43,505 nt of DNA from Patescibacteria group bacterium (GTDB lineage Bacteria > Patescibacteriota > Patescibacteriia > WFTA01 > S139-112), in the NCBI GenBank assembly GCA_015485715.1, contig WFTA01000003.1:1-43505 (forward strand), read 5' to 3'. Under the pieces are notes generated by a model that was not told the origin of the DNA, did not search any database, and was given only the letters and a program-made list of their open reading frames with translations. This document shows, piece after piece, positions 1-8,269 of the stretch (position 1 is the first letter of the stretch; each line of letters starts with the position of its first letter). Made by a program: the position numbers and the translations under genes.

Positions 1-132
1 ATAGAAGTGGAAAAAGATGCTGAGATAAGACCCAAACTCTATGACTTAGCCAAGAGTAATAACTGGCGTGTATGGGAATTATATCAAAAGAAAGTAAGTT
101 TGGAGGATGTGTTTAAAGATTTAACTAATTAA
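1..132 (+). CDS. ABC transporter ATP-binding protein, 3' fragment (start lies off-window)
   Basis: Frame 1 is open from base 1 to TAA at 130-132 (..NNWRVWELYQKKVSLEDVFKDLTN*). An SLEDVF..LT tail is typical of ABC-2-type ATPases. The stop lies 4 nt before the ABC-2 permease ORF. It is absent from the ORF track because it is truncated. Confidence 0.55.
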   Translation: MEVEKDAEIRPKLYDLAKSNNWRVWELYQKKVSLEDVFKDLTN

Positions 133-136
133 GCCT

Positions 137-2341
137 ATGTGGAATATTATTAAAAGAGAGATAAAGTCGTTTTTTGATTCACCTGTCGCCTATATTCTTA
201 TTATTGTATTTTTAGTTATTGGTAGTTTCTTTTATTTCAGAATAGCCTATATACAGGGATTTGCAGATCTAAGGCCTTTGTTTGATATATTGCCGTGGAT
301 TTTACTCTTTTTTGTACCTGCTGTAAGTATGAAAATGCTGGCAGAAGAAAAAAGAAACAGCACATTGGATCTTCTTTTATCACAGCCTGTAAAAAGAATT
401 TATGTCTTGATCGGCAAATGGCTTTCTGTTGTTGTGTTTACATCATTTTCATTGGCTTTGACTGTATTTATACCCCTTACTTTGTCTGCAGCAGGCAAGT
501 TTGACTGGGGACAGATAGCAGCCCAATACATTGGAGCTGTATTTTTTATCTTGGCTTTTGCAGGACTTGGAATTTGGTCATCATCGCTTACCAAAAGTCA
601 GATAGCTTCATTTATCCTGTCTTTATTTGTCGGGTTTTTCTTTATTATGTCAGGAGTTGAGATTGTAATAGTAGAGACCAAGGGGATAGTGAGAGAAATT
701 TTCTCTCAGCTGTCTATACTTGTGCATTATCAGAATATGATCAGGGGGAGTATAGATCTGCGTGATATAATCTATTTTATATCTTTTGCAGGACTTTTCT
801 TAATCCTTGCTTATTTACAAATTTATAAGCTAAAGGCAAGCAGAAAGAGCAGAGATTACAGATTGCTCAAGACTGCTGCAGTTATTTTGATCGTAATATT
901 GGTTGTGATAAATCTTTTGGGAAGATTTATACCGGGAAGGATTGATCTGACCAGAGAAAAGCTTTTTAGCCTGTCTCCTGCTACAGAGAAAATAATTAAA
1001 AATATTGACGATATAGTTACTATTAAGTTGTTTATATCTTCTGATCTTCCTCCGCAGGTTCTGGTTGTAAAAAGAGATGTTCTGGATATTTTAAATGATT
1101 TAGACAGACTTTCAGACAATCTCCAAATCGATATAGTCAACATCAAACCTGACGGAGAAGGAGAAAGTGAAGCGCGGGATTTTGGCATCAGCCCTGTTCA
1201 GTTTAACATTATGAAAAATCAGCAATTTACTCTTCAAAGAGGATATTTTGGTCTGGCAGTGGTTTATGCTGATAAGAAAGAGGTTATACCATATATAGGA
1301 GATACTAGTAATTTGGAGTATCAGGTTGTAAGGATGATATACAGACTAACAAATAATGATAAAAAGTCAGTAGGCATATTGAGTGGTCAGGGTGAGAAAG
1401 ATATATCTCAAATCAGTATATTCAGACAGGAGCTGTCAAAAGAATATGATATTAAAGAAATAGATATTCCTGAAGATAATTCTGATTTTGATATAGAAGC
1501 AGATGTTTTGGCTGTCATAGGTCCGTCTGATAGTTTTTCAGATAATCAAAAAGAGATAATCAAAAAGTTTATTGAAGAGGGAGGATCTGTATTCTTAGCC
1601 GCCGATGGTGTAAATGTTGATGAGCAGTTTTTAACAGCTGCGCCTACTGGTTCAAATTATAATGATATAATATCAGATTATGGATTGAAGATAATGCCAA
1701 ATTTGGTTTATGATTTAAGGTCAAATGAGAGTATATCGTTTGGAGGAGGGCCCCTAACTTATATTCTGCCGTATCCTTTTTGGGTAAGGGCTCAGGTGGT
1801 AGATACCAAACTTGTTTCAGCAAATATACCTGCTGTTTTGCTTCTTTGGCCAAGTAGTATTCAGATAGAAGAGAAAGACAATGTAGAGATAACTCCGCTT
1901 CTTTCTACCACACAATTCGGAGGTCTGCAGGAGGGATTTTTCAATATAGCGCCTAATGCGGATTTTGGAGACAATACCAATATTTATATTCTATCTGCAG
2001 CGGCTCTTGTAAAAAATCAGAATAGTGAGCAGGCAGGCAGGGTGGTTGTGGTAGGTGATTCAGATTTTATTGACAATAGGATGTTTAGAGGAAGTTCAAG
2101 TCCCAATCTTATTTTTGCTCTTAACAGCATAGACTGGCTGGCTCAAAATATTGATTTGGTCAATATCAGGTCAAAAAGCAGAGTTCCTCAGCCGCTGGTA
2201 TTTGAAAAGAGCTGGCAGCAGGCAGCTGCAAGGTATATCAATCTTATAGGTATCCCTGCTTTGGTTGCTGTATGGGGTTTGTGGTGGATATGGAGAAGGA
2301 AAAGACTTTCTAAGCTGCCTTTTTCAGAAGATAAAATATAG
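137..2341 (+). CDS. Fusion of an ABC-2 family permease (GldF-like, about the first 240 aa) and a GldG-like 'ABC-type uncharacterized transport system' domain, with a C-terminal TM anchor
   Basis: The N-terminus has 6 predicted TM helices typical of ABC-2 permeases. The C-terminal part carries the GldG-like VVVVGDSDFIDN motif and a terminal TM (IPALVAVWGLWWIWRRKR). It follows an ABC ATPase fragment and precedes a DUF4340-like gene. Confidence 0.75.
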   Translation: MWNIIKREIKSFFDSPVAYILIIVFLVIGSFFYFRIAYIQGFADLRPLFDILPWILLFFVPAVSMKMLAEEKRNSTLDLLLSQPVKRIYVLIGKWLSVVVFTSFSLALTVFIPLTLSAAGKFDWGQIAAQYIGAVFFILAFAGLGIWSSSLTKSQIASFILSLFVGFFFIMSGVEIVIVETKGIVREIFSQLSILVHYQNMIRGSIDLRDIIYFISFAGLFLILAYLQIYKLKASRKSRDYRLLKTAAVILIVILVVINLLGRFIPGRIDLTREKLFSLSPATEKIIKNIDDIVTIKLFISSDLPPQVLVVKRDVLDILNDLDRLSDNLQIDIVNIKPDGEGESEARDFGISPVQFNIMKNQQFTLQRGYFGLAVVYADKKEVIPYIGDTSNLEYQVVRMIYRLTNNDKKSVGILSGQGEKDISQISIFRQELSKEYDIKEIDIPEDNSDFDIEADVLAVIGPSDSFSDNQKEIIKKFIEEGGSVFLAADGVNVDEQFLTAAPTGSNYNDIISDYGLKIMPNLVYDLRSNESISFGGGPLTYILPYPFWVRAQVVDTKLVSANIPAVLLLWPSSIQIEEKDNVEITPLLSTTQFGGLQEGFFNIAPNADFGDNTNIYILSAAALVKNQNSEQAGRVVVVGDSDFIDNRMFRGSSSPNLIFALNSIDWLAQNIDLVNIRSKSRVPQPLVFEKSWQQAAARYINLIGIPALVAVWGLWWIWRRKRLSKLPFSEDKI

Positions 2342-2361
2342 GTAGAATTAAGCAGTGTATT

Positions 2362-3264
2362 ATGAATATAAGAAAGCTTTGGTATTTAAGCGGTATTTTA
2401 ATAATACTTTTGAGTGTATTCTTTTTTGTGAATTGGCAGAATGAAAAAAAGACCAGCCTTAAGCCTGCAGATTTGGGATTTAGGTTTGTATATAATAATT
2501 TTTCAGATATTGATTCTGTGTCTATTAAGCAAAATGACAGATATGTTGAAATTGTAAAAAACGAAGACAGGTTTATGGTAGATGGTTATGAGGTAGATAA
2601 GAATCAGTTGGAAAGCCTGAAGAATGTTTTTCAAAGCACTGAAATATCAGGCCCTGTCTCTAAAAATAAATCAAACCATAAAAATTTTGAAGTTGATCAA
2701 AACGGTGTTTATGTAGATATAAAGATAAAAGACAGGGTTTTGTCTTATGTTATAGGAAAAACAGCTTTTAGCTTTACAAAATCGTATGTAAGAAAAGCAG
2801 ATGAGGATAATGTTTATATAGCTTCATCAAATCTCCGCAATATATTTTCACCTGATAAAGAAGCGTGGATAGATAAGGAGATTATAGATCTGTCCAAACT
2901 GGATTACAACAGACTTGAATTTGTATCTGATGAGTTTAATTATACCATAGAGAAATTAGATGAAGGATTTAAAGTTTTGCAGGGAGAAAAGGCTACCACT
3001 ACATCTGCAGGTGTGATAAATAGTATTATCAATAACTTGTCGCCTCTAAGATCTTTTGGATTTGCAGACAGTAAAGATAAAGAAAACGCAGAAGATATAA
3101 AATCAATTATAAATGTTTATTTGGGTGATAAAAGTATAGAGCTTGTGTTTACTAAAAGCCAAGACACTTATCTGGTGAATAAACAAGATACAGATCTAAC
3201 CTATACAATACCTGTTTATAAATATAATTCCATTTTTACAGATATAGAAGAAGTTTTTAATTGA
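2362..3264 (+). CDS. DUF4340-like protein, the usual partner of GldG-type ABC systems, with an N-terminal TM anchor
   Basis: 300 aa with one N-terminal TM. Size and position directly downstream of a GldG-like domain match the conserved ATPase/permease/GldG/DUF4340 cassette. The family call is from memory. Confidence 0.55.
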   Translation: MNIRKLWYLSGILIILLSVFFFVNWQNEKKTSLKPADLGFRFVYNNFSDIDSVSIKQNDRYVEIVKNEDRFMVDGYEVDKNQLESLKNVFQSTEISGPVSKNKSNHKNFEVDQNGVYVDIKIKDRVLSYVIGKTAFSFTKSYVRKADEDNVYIASSNLRNIFSPDKEAWIDKEIIDLSKLDYNRLEFVSDEFNYTIEKLDEGFKVLQGEKATTTSAGVINSIINNLSPLRSFGFADSKDKENAEDIKSIINVYLGDKSIELVFTKSQDTYLVNKQDTDLTYTIPVYKYNSIFTDIEEVFN

Positions 3265-3311
3265 TTTTATCTCATGTCCTCTCATTGAAATAAGAGTTTA
3301 AATGTGAAGGA

Positions 3312-4023
3312 TTATTTAGAAATTAAAATTTTGAATTTAGTTTTTAGAATTTCGTATTTCTGATTTTAAAATATTACTATTTGGTGCTTGGTGTTTATCA
3401 GGTAAATTAGGAATCAGAGAAGTTGGGTTAATTTGTATATGGTATTTGGAATTATTTATTATTGATAATTAAATCATTGGAAAGTTAAGGAATTGATTGA
3501 AAATTTTACCCCGCCTGCCCTATCGTATGATTGGAGTTGGATTACTGGGAACCATTGCTCCTGGATTCCCGATCAAGTCGGGAATGACAAAGAAAAGAAG
3601 GTGTCATTCCCCTGCTCCTGTCTTGACTCTCTCCTTGTCATTCCCCTGCTTGACAGGGGAATCCACTTTCTGGATTTTCTGCTGGAGTTTACCTAACTCC
3701 TTATATGGGCTGGTCTGAGATATATTGCTTTAAATCAAATTATATACCCATTGGCTTTATAGCAAGATTTACCTCAAAAAGTGAAGCTGGGCAAGTCGAC
3801 CAATGTACAGTGTCAAAGCCAAGACTATCATTATTGTTATTTTGGATTTGGGACGTGGGATTTTATTTGACATTTGGATTTTATCATTTGACATTTATTA
3901 AATTGGGTTATTGGGAAATTGTTTGAAAATTTATCCCGTCGTATGACTGGGGTTGGTAAATTCGTAAATTGGATAATTTGTTGTTATTATTTAGTGTTTA
4001 GAATTTCGAATTTAGTATTTCTA
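3312..4023. repeat. Intergenic mosaic repeat, region A: two nested/tandem copies (A1 about 3312-3714, A2 about 3715-4023) of the window-wide MITE-like family
   Basis: There is no credible coding in 760 bp. Heptamer arrays sit at 3314-3364 and 3988-4023. Hairpin modules sit at 3509-3540 (degenerate) and 3934-3952. Segment 3715-3882 is near-identical to 13957-14125 on the opposite strand. Segment 3959-3988 matches 39014-39043. Confidence 0.85.
3563..3664. repeat. Cluster of GTCATTCC/GGAATGAC-flanked hairpin repeats (REP-like)
   Basis: ATTCCCGA-tcaag-TCGGGAAT lies at 3565-3585. ATTCCCCT-gcttgac-AGGGGAAT lies at 3640-3662. An unpaired half copy GTCATTCCCCTGCT lies at 3603-3616. These create the spurious 'WIPDQVGNDK' ORFs in the track. 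Confidence 0.8.
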
Positions 4024-4024
4024 A

Positions 4025-4498
4025 TTAAGTATATCTATCTGCTATAGAAGTTGCAGCCCAAGATAATGGTTTGTATGTAGCTTCAAATCCATACCCTTTA
4101 ACAATACCCATAACCTCGTTGATTATCTCTTTGGTAGGTCCGTTTTTGCCAATATCCAGATGAATGGTCAGTTGAAAATTTGATATTTGTCTGTAGTCTA
4201 GACTTTCCAGCAATTTTTGAGCAATTTCAACAGACAGAAGAGTCTCCTGATATATTCTTTCTCTTAGTGTTATGGATGTTTTGATTAAATGTTTGCGGGT
4301 ATAGAAAAATATTCCTCCATATCCTACTCTATGGACAGCAATAGCTGTAACATATTCTATATGATGTTTAACTGAAGAGTCTGTACCTATAAAGACAGCA
4401 TATTTTTTATCTTTTTCAGAAGATATATAATCTATGATATGATTAACCATATCACTGAAGTCTAGAGCTCCTTTTGTTGGAGATATAAATTTATCCAT
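4025..4498 (-). CDS. YkuK-family (DUF458) RNase H-like protein
   Basis: The FIGTDS.. / AIAVHRVGYGG pattern and about 157-aa size fit DUF458. I prefer the internal ATG at 4498 (MDKFISP..) over the track start at 4561, because that start overlaps the divergent pyrD start. Confidence 0.6.
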   Translation of the reverse strand: MDKFISPTKGALDFSDMVNHIIDYISSEKDKKYAVFIGTDSSVKHHIEYVTAIAVHRVGYGGIFFYTRKHLIKTSITLRERIYQETLLSVEIAQKLLESLDYRQISNFQLTIHLDIGKNGPTKEIINEVMGIVKGYGFEATYKPLSWAATSIADRYT

Positions 4499-4551
4499 AT
4501 TTGTAAATAATTTACTGGCAAGTTTGATATGTTTATTGTAATATAATTTGT

Positions 4552-5670
4552 ATGAAAGCACAAGAAATAAAATACATCTGTTTTGATTTTTTGTACAGGA
4601 TATTGAGGTTTTTTCTTTTTAAATTCAATCCTGAAGATGTGCATAATCGTGTTTTAAAGGCAGGAGCTTCTGTTGCCAGACATTCTTTACTGAGCAGATA
4701 TGCAGAGAAGGCCGTGGTTTATAGAGATAGTGTTTTGTCTCAGAATATTTGCGGAATTAGGTTTGAGAATCCTCTTGGTCTGGCAGCAGGTTTTGATAAA
4801 AATGCCAATCTATGTGATGCTGTAAGATTATGTGGTTTTGGATTTGCGGAAATAGGGTCTGTAACAGGAGAAAAGTGTGTCGGTAATCCAAGACCCAGAT
4901 TATGGAGACTGCCTAAAAGCAGATCTATATGTGTGTGGTATGGTCTTGTCAATGATGGTGCAGAAGCTGTATCAGACAGGCTTAGAGGCAGAGAGTTTAA
5001 AATCCCTCTTGGGATAAGTATAGCCAAGACCAATTCACCTGAAACAGTGGATATAATAAAGGGAGCTGAAGACTATATCAAAGCGTATAAGGCGTTTTAT
5101 GGAATTGGAGATTATTTAACTCTTAATATAAGCTGTCCTAACACTTATGGAGGGGAGCCGTTCATGAGAAAAGAGTATTTTAAGTATTTGATGGAAGAGA
5201 TATCCAAGCTTCAGAAAGACAAACCAATTTTTGTAAAAATATCACCTGATTTAAACTATACAGAGACAGATGATATTATAGATATTTGTTTGCAGTATTG
5301 CGTGGATGGTATTATTATATCAAATCTTACCAAAGACAGAAAAGGTCTTGATATAAAAGACGGTTATGTACCTGAGAAAGGCGGCTTGTCAGGCAAACTT
5401 GTAGAGGAGCGTGCAAACAGACTGATAGGATATGTTTACAAGAAAGCCGGCAGGAAACTCGTTATTATAGGCTGTGGAGGTATTTTTACAGGCAGAGATG
5501 CCTACCGTAAGATCAAATTAGGCGCAAGTTTGCTACAGATGGTAACAGGTTTAATTTATAACGGTCCTCATACACCTGCTAAAATAAACTATGAGCTTTC
5601 TCTGCTTTTGAAAAGGGACAGATATACTCATATTTCGCAGGCTATAGGAAGCGATTTATCTGTTGATTAG
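4552..5670 (+). CDS. pyrD: Dihydroorotate dehydrogenase (quinone), class 2
   Basis: Motifs GLAAGFDKNA, NISCPNT and GGLSG are present. There is an N-terminal amphipathic extension, and the length fits at 372 aa. Confidence 0.85.
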   Translation: MKAQEIKYICFDFLYRILRFFLFKFNPEDVHNRVLKAGASVARHSLLSRYAEKAVVYRDSVLSQNICGIRFENPLGLAAGFDKNANLCDAVRLCGFGFAEIGSVTGEKCVGNPRPRLWRLPKSRSICVWYGLVNDGAEAVSDRLRGREFKIPLGISIAKTNSPETVDIIKGAEDYIKAYKAFYGIGDYLTLNISCPNTYGGEPFMRKEYFKYLMEEISKLQKDKPIFVKISPDLNYTETDDIIDICLQYCVDGIIISNLTKDRKGLDIKDGYVPEKGGLSGKLVEERANRLIGYVYKKAGRKLVIIGCGGIFTGRDAYRKIKLGASLLQMVTGLIYNGPHTPAKINYELSLLLKRDRYTHISQAIGSDLSVD

Positions 5671-6444
5671 TTTTGAATTGATAATATCTCTGAAGATTTC
5701 ATAAGGTATGGCACCTGATATTTTTTCCCCGTTTATAAAGAATGTAGGAGTACCTTCAGCTCCGTGTTTTACAGCTGTTTGGAAGTCATCCATAACCTCG
5801 TTTCTGTATTTTTCTGTATCCAGACAGCGCTTGAACCTGTTGACATTAAGCCCTACATCTCTGGCATATTTTATGAGGGCAGATCTTGATAAGTCTTCCT
5901 GATTGATAAACATCATATCATGCATCTCCCAGAATTTGCCCTGCTCTCTGGCGCATTCTCCTGCCATAGCGGCATTTATGGCATCAGGATGGATGTCATA
6001 TAAAGGGAAATCTCTCCAGATAAAGAGAACCCTGTCTTCAAATTCAGACTGGATTTTTTTTACAATAGGATACATTTGTCTGGTGAAAGGACATTGAAAA
6101 TCTCCAAATTGCACTACTACAACTTTTGCATCTTTAATACCAAATGTAGGATCTGATAGCGTTTCTATCTCTTTTCTTAGTTCAGGTATGCTTTTATTTC
6201 CTTCCCTGCCTATATCTTTGGCAAGCTGGGAGGATAGTTTGGATTGCTGATTTGCAAAATCCAATCCCCCTTCCTGTATATCAGATATATAAGTATTAAT
6301 TCTGGATACAAATTCAACAGCAAAGGCAAACAAAAGAATAAATATGATGACTGTAAATACTATTAATAGCTTTTTCCAGAGAGGTTTTTTAGGCTTTACT
6401 TCAGGAATATATTCTTCATAATTGTTGAAGAAGTCTTCTTTCAT
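5656..6444 (-). CDS. Membrane-anchored DsbA/thioredoxin-fold protein with a monothiol CPFT site
   Basis: It has an N-terminal TM and a DsbA-like core (FGDFQCPFT.., cis-Pro region GTPTFFING). The second Cys of the CxxC motif is Thr, encoded by ACC. Confidence 0.7.
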   Translation of the reverse strand: MKEDFFNNYEEYIPEVKPKKPLWKKLLIVFTVIIFILLFAFAVEFVSRINTYISDIQEGGLDFANQQSKLSSQLAKDIGREGNKSIPELRKEIETLSDPTFGIKDAKVVVVQFGDFQCPFTRQMYPIVKKIQSEFEDRVLFIWRDFPLYDIHPDAINAAMAGECAREQGKFWEMHDMMFINQEDLSRSALIKYARDVGLNVNRFKRCLDTEKYRNEVMDDFQTAVKHGAEGTPTFFINGEKISGAIPYEIFRDIINSKLINR

Positions 6445-6574
6445 ATACTATATTATGTCATTTTTGTGTGTAAATTTCAATAGTTGATTAAATATTAAAT
6501 AAAATATAAGATGTGTGCATGCTCAGTTAATATATGAATGTATTTGAAGATAAAAATTTTAGTATTGGGAATTT

Positions 6575-7489
6575 ATGAGGTGTTTAGAGAATAAAGAGAA
6601 AGATAGAAACAACGTATTTGACAAGATAAGACAAGAGGTGCTGGCTGTACTGGAGGATGAATACCAAAGATGGAATAAAGAGAATAAATATAATTATCTC
6701 CCTTTTCACAACAAACTTCATACTGTAAGAGTTGAAAGGAGAGCAGTACAGATTGCTAAGTGTATAGGATATGAAGATATTGAACTTGTGCGGTTATGCG
6801 CTTTGTTTCACGATATAGTTCAAGATTATGAGGTAAAGCAATGTGGAATGTTTTTAAAAAGAAGCAGAAAAACAGGATATAATGAAGAAGAAAGTTTTAA
6901 TATTTTTATAGAATATATTAAACAGTATTATGGTGAGTATTCTGATAAGATAGATAAAATAAAATCAGCATTTTTGGCGACTATTCCTTCTTTTGAACAA
7001 GGTCATGTTTTGCAGAAAAATTTAACACCTAAAAGCCCTCTCCTTGCGCGTATACTTGCTATGGCTGATTTGGGATCTGCAGGTATGGAAAGTGCAGAAG
7101 TATTTTTTAGTGAAGGATGTGCTCTTTTTAGAGAGGAGTACTTGGATTTGTATGGTGCAGATATAGATGGTTTTGATGATGAATTTATCAGAGCTATGAT
7201 CGGCAGTATGCACAACTGGCTTAAAGGACAGATCAGCTTTATCAACTCCAGAAAAGAAATTTTTGAAGAAGATATAAAGATATTTGATTACGTAATAAAA
7301 GGTGAACTTACAAAGCTTTTTAGCAACTTTGATGCCAACTTAGAGTATATATCTGGCAAGAAAAAAGAATTTGAAAGTTTAATTGGCAATTACCAGAATC
7401 AGACAAGGAGAGATTTAAAAAATACTTTTGAGCAAGCATTAAAATTTTTTGGGTATAGGGTATTGGAAGGATATATAGTATCCTTTTAA
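6575..7489 (+). CDS. HD-domain phosphohydrolase-like protein
   Basis: The H...HD pattern is present (FHNKLHT .. LCALFHDIVQD). No closer family assignment is possible by eye. Confidence 0.5.
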   Translation: MRCLENKEKDRNNVFDKIRQEVLAVLEDEYQRWNKENKYNYLPFHNKLHTVRVERRAVQIAKCIGYEDIELVRLCALFHDIVQDYEVKQCGMFLKRSRKTGYNEEESFNIFIEYIKQYYGEYSDKIDKIKSAFLATIPSFEQGHVLQKNLTPKSPLLARILAMADLGSAGMESAEVFFSEGCALFREEYLDLYGADIDGFDDEFIRAMIGSMHNWLKGQISFINSRKEIFEEDIKIFDYVIKGELTKLFSNFDANLEYISGKKKEFESLIGNYQNQTRRDLKNTFEQALKFFGYRVLEGYIVSF

Positions 7490-7513
7490 TAAGAGATGAT
7501 CTGGTGTGGATAT

Positions 7514-7542
7514 TTGACAAATGCAGGTATTTGTTTTAAATT
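7514..7542 (+). promoter_or_regulatory. Candidate sigma70 promoter for rplY
   Basis: TTGACA (7514-7519), a 17-nt spacer, then TAAATT (7537-7542), about 50 nt upstream of the rplY ATG. Confidence 0.4.
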
Positions 7543-7591
7543 ATTATAGACAGATTCTGTTGTTTTCTTATTTATAATTAATAAATTTGAT

Positions 7592-8269
7592 ATGACAAGC
7601 AATGGAAATTTAGTTCTAAATGCAACTTTAAGAGAAATAACAGGCAGAAAAGTTGCAAATTTGAGAGCTCAAGGTTTGATTCCTGCAGTTCTTTATGGTC
7701 ATAATTTTGATAATAAAAATTTATCTGTAAATTATAAAGAGTTTGTTCATATATATGATCAGGCTGGGGAGTCAACATTGGTTGATCTAAAAGTTGATAA
7801 TGGAGAAGAGTTTAAAGTACTTATTCAAGATGTACAATTGCATCCAGTAACTGATAAAATTATTCATGTGGACCTAAGAGCTGTATCTTTGGATGAAAAA
7901 ATTGAAGCTTATATTCCACTTAAGTTTGTGGGCATATCACCGGCTGTAAAAGAGCTTGGAGGAACTCTTGTTACACCGCTTGAGGAGATACAGGTAAAGG
8001 CTCTACCGCAGAGTCTTGTGCATGAGATAGAGGTAGACATTTCTGTACTTACTGATTTCAACAGTGCTATACATATAAGGGATTTGCAGATACCGGAAGG
8101 AATTGAAGTGCTTGATGATGAAGACCTTGCTGTTGCTATTGTAGAAGCACCTGCACAAGAAGAGATAGAGGAAGAAGTATCCCCAGAAGATGCAGAAAAA
8201 GCAGCTATCAAGTCTCAGGAGCAGGCAGGAGAGGGTGCAGATAAAAAAGAAGAGGAAAAGAAAGAATAG
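7592..8269 (+). CDS. rplY: 50S ribosomal protein L25/Ctc with an acidic C-terminal tail
   Basis: The N-terminus (LNATLREITGRKVANLRAQGLIPAVLYGH) is typical of L25/Ctc. The C-terminus is rich in Glu and Lys. Confidence 0.9.
   Translation: MTSNGNLVLNATLREITGRKVANLRAQGLIPAVLYGHNFDNKNLSVNYKEFVHIYDQAGESTLVDLKVDNGEEFKVLIQDVQLHPVTDKIIHVDLRAVSLDEKIEAYIPLKFVGISPAVKELGGTLVTPLEEIQVKALPQSLVHEIEVDISVLTDFNSAIHIRDLQIPEGIEVLDDEDLAVAIVEAPAQEEIEEEVSPEDAEKAAIKSQEQAGEGADKKEEEKKE

Noticed and set aside
3603-3650. Duplicated GTCATTCCCCTGCT, considered as a mini CRISPR array
   Set aside because: There are only two copies, with a 20-nt gap. No further repeats or cas genes are present, and the units form ordinary hairpins with nearby complements.
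3493-3926. Three plus-strand ORFs of 67-73 aa inside repeat region A (for example ..WIPDQVGNDKEKK..)
   Set aside because: They run through hairpin and heptamer repeats that recur in both orientations elsewhere. The peptide strings are by-products of the GGAATGAC-type hairpins.
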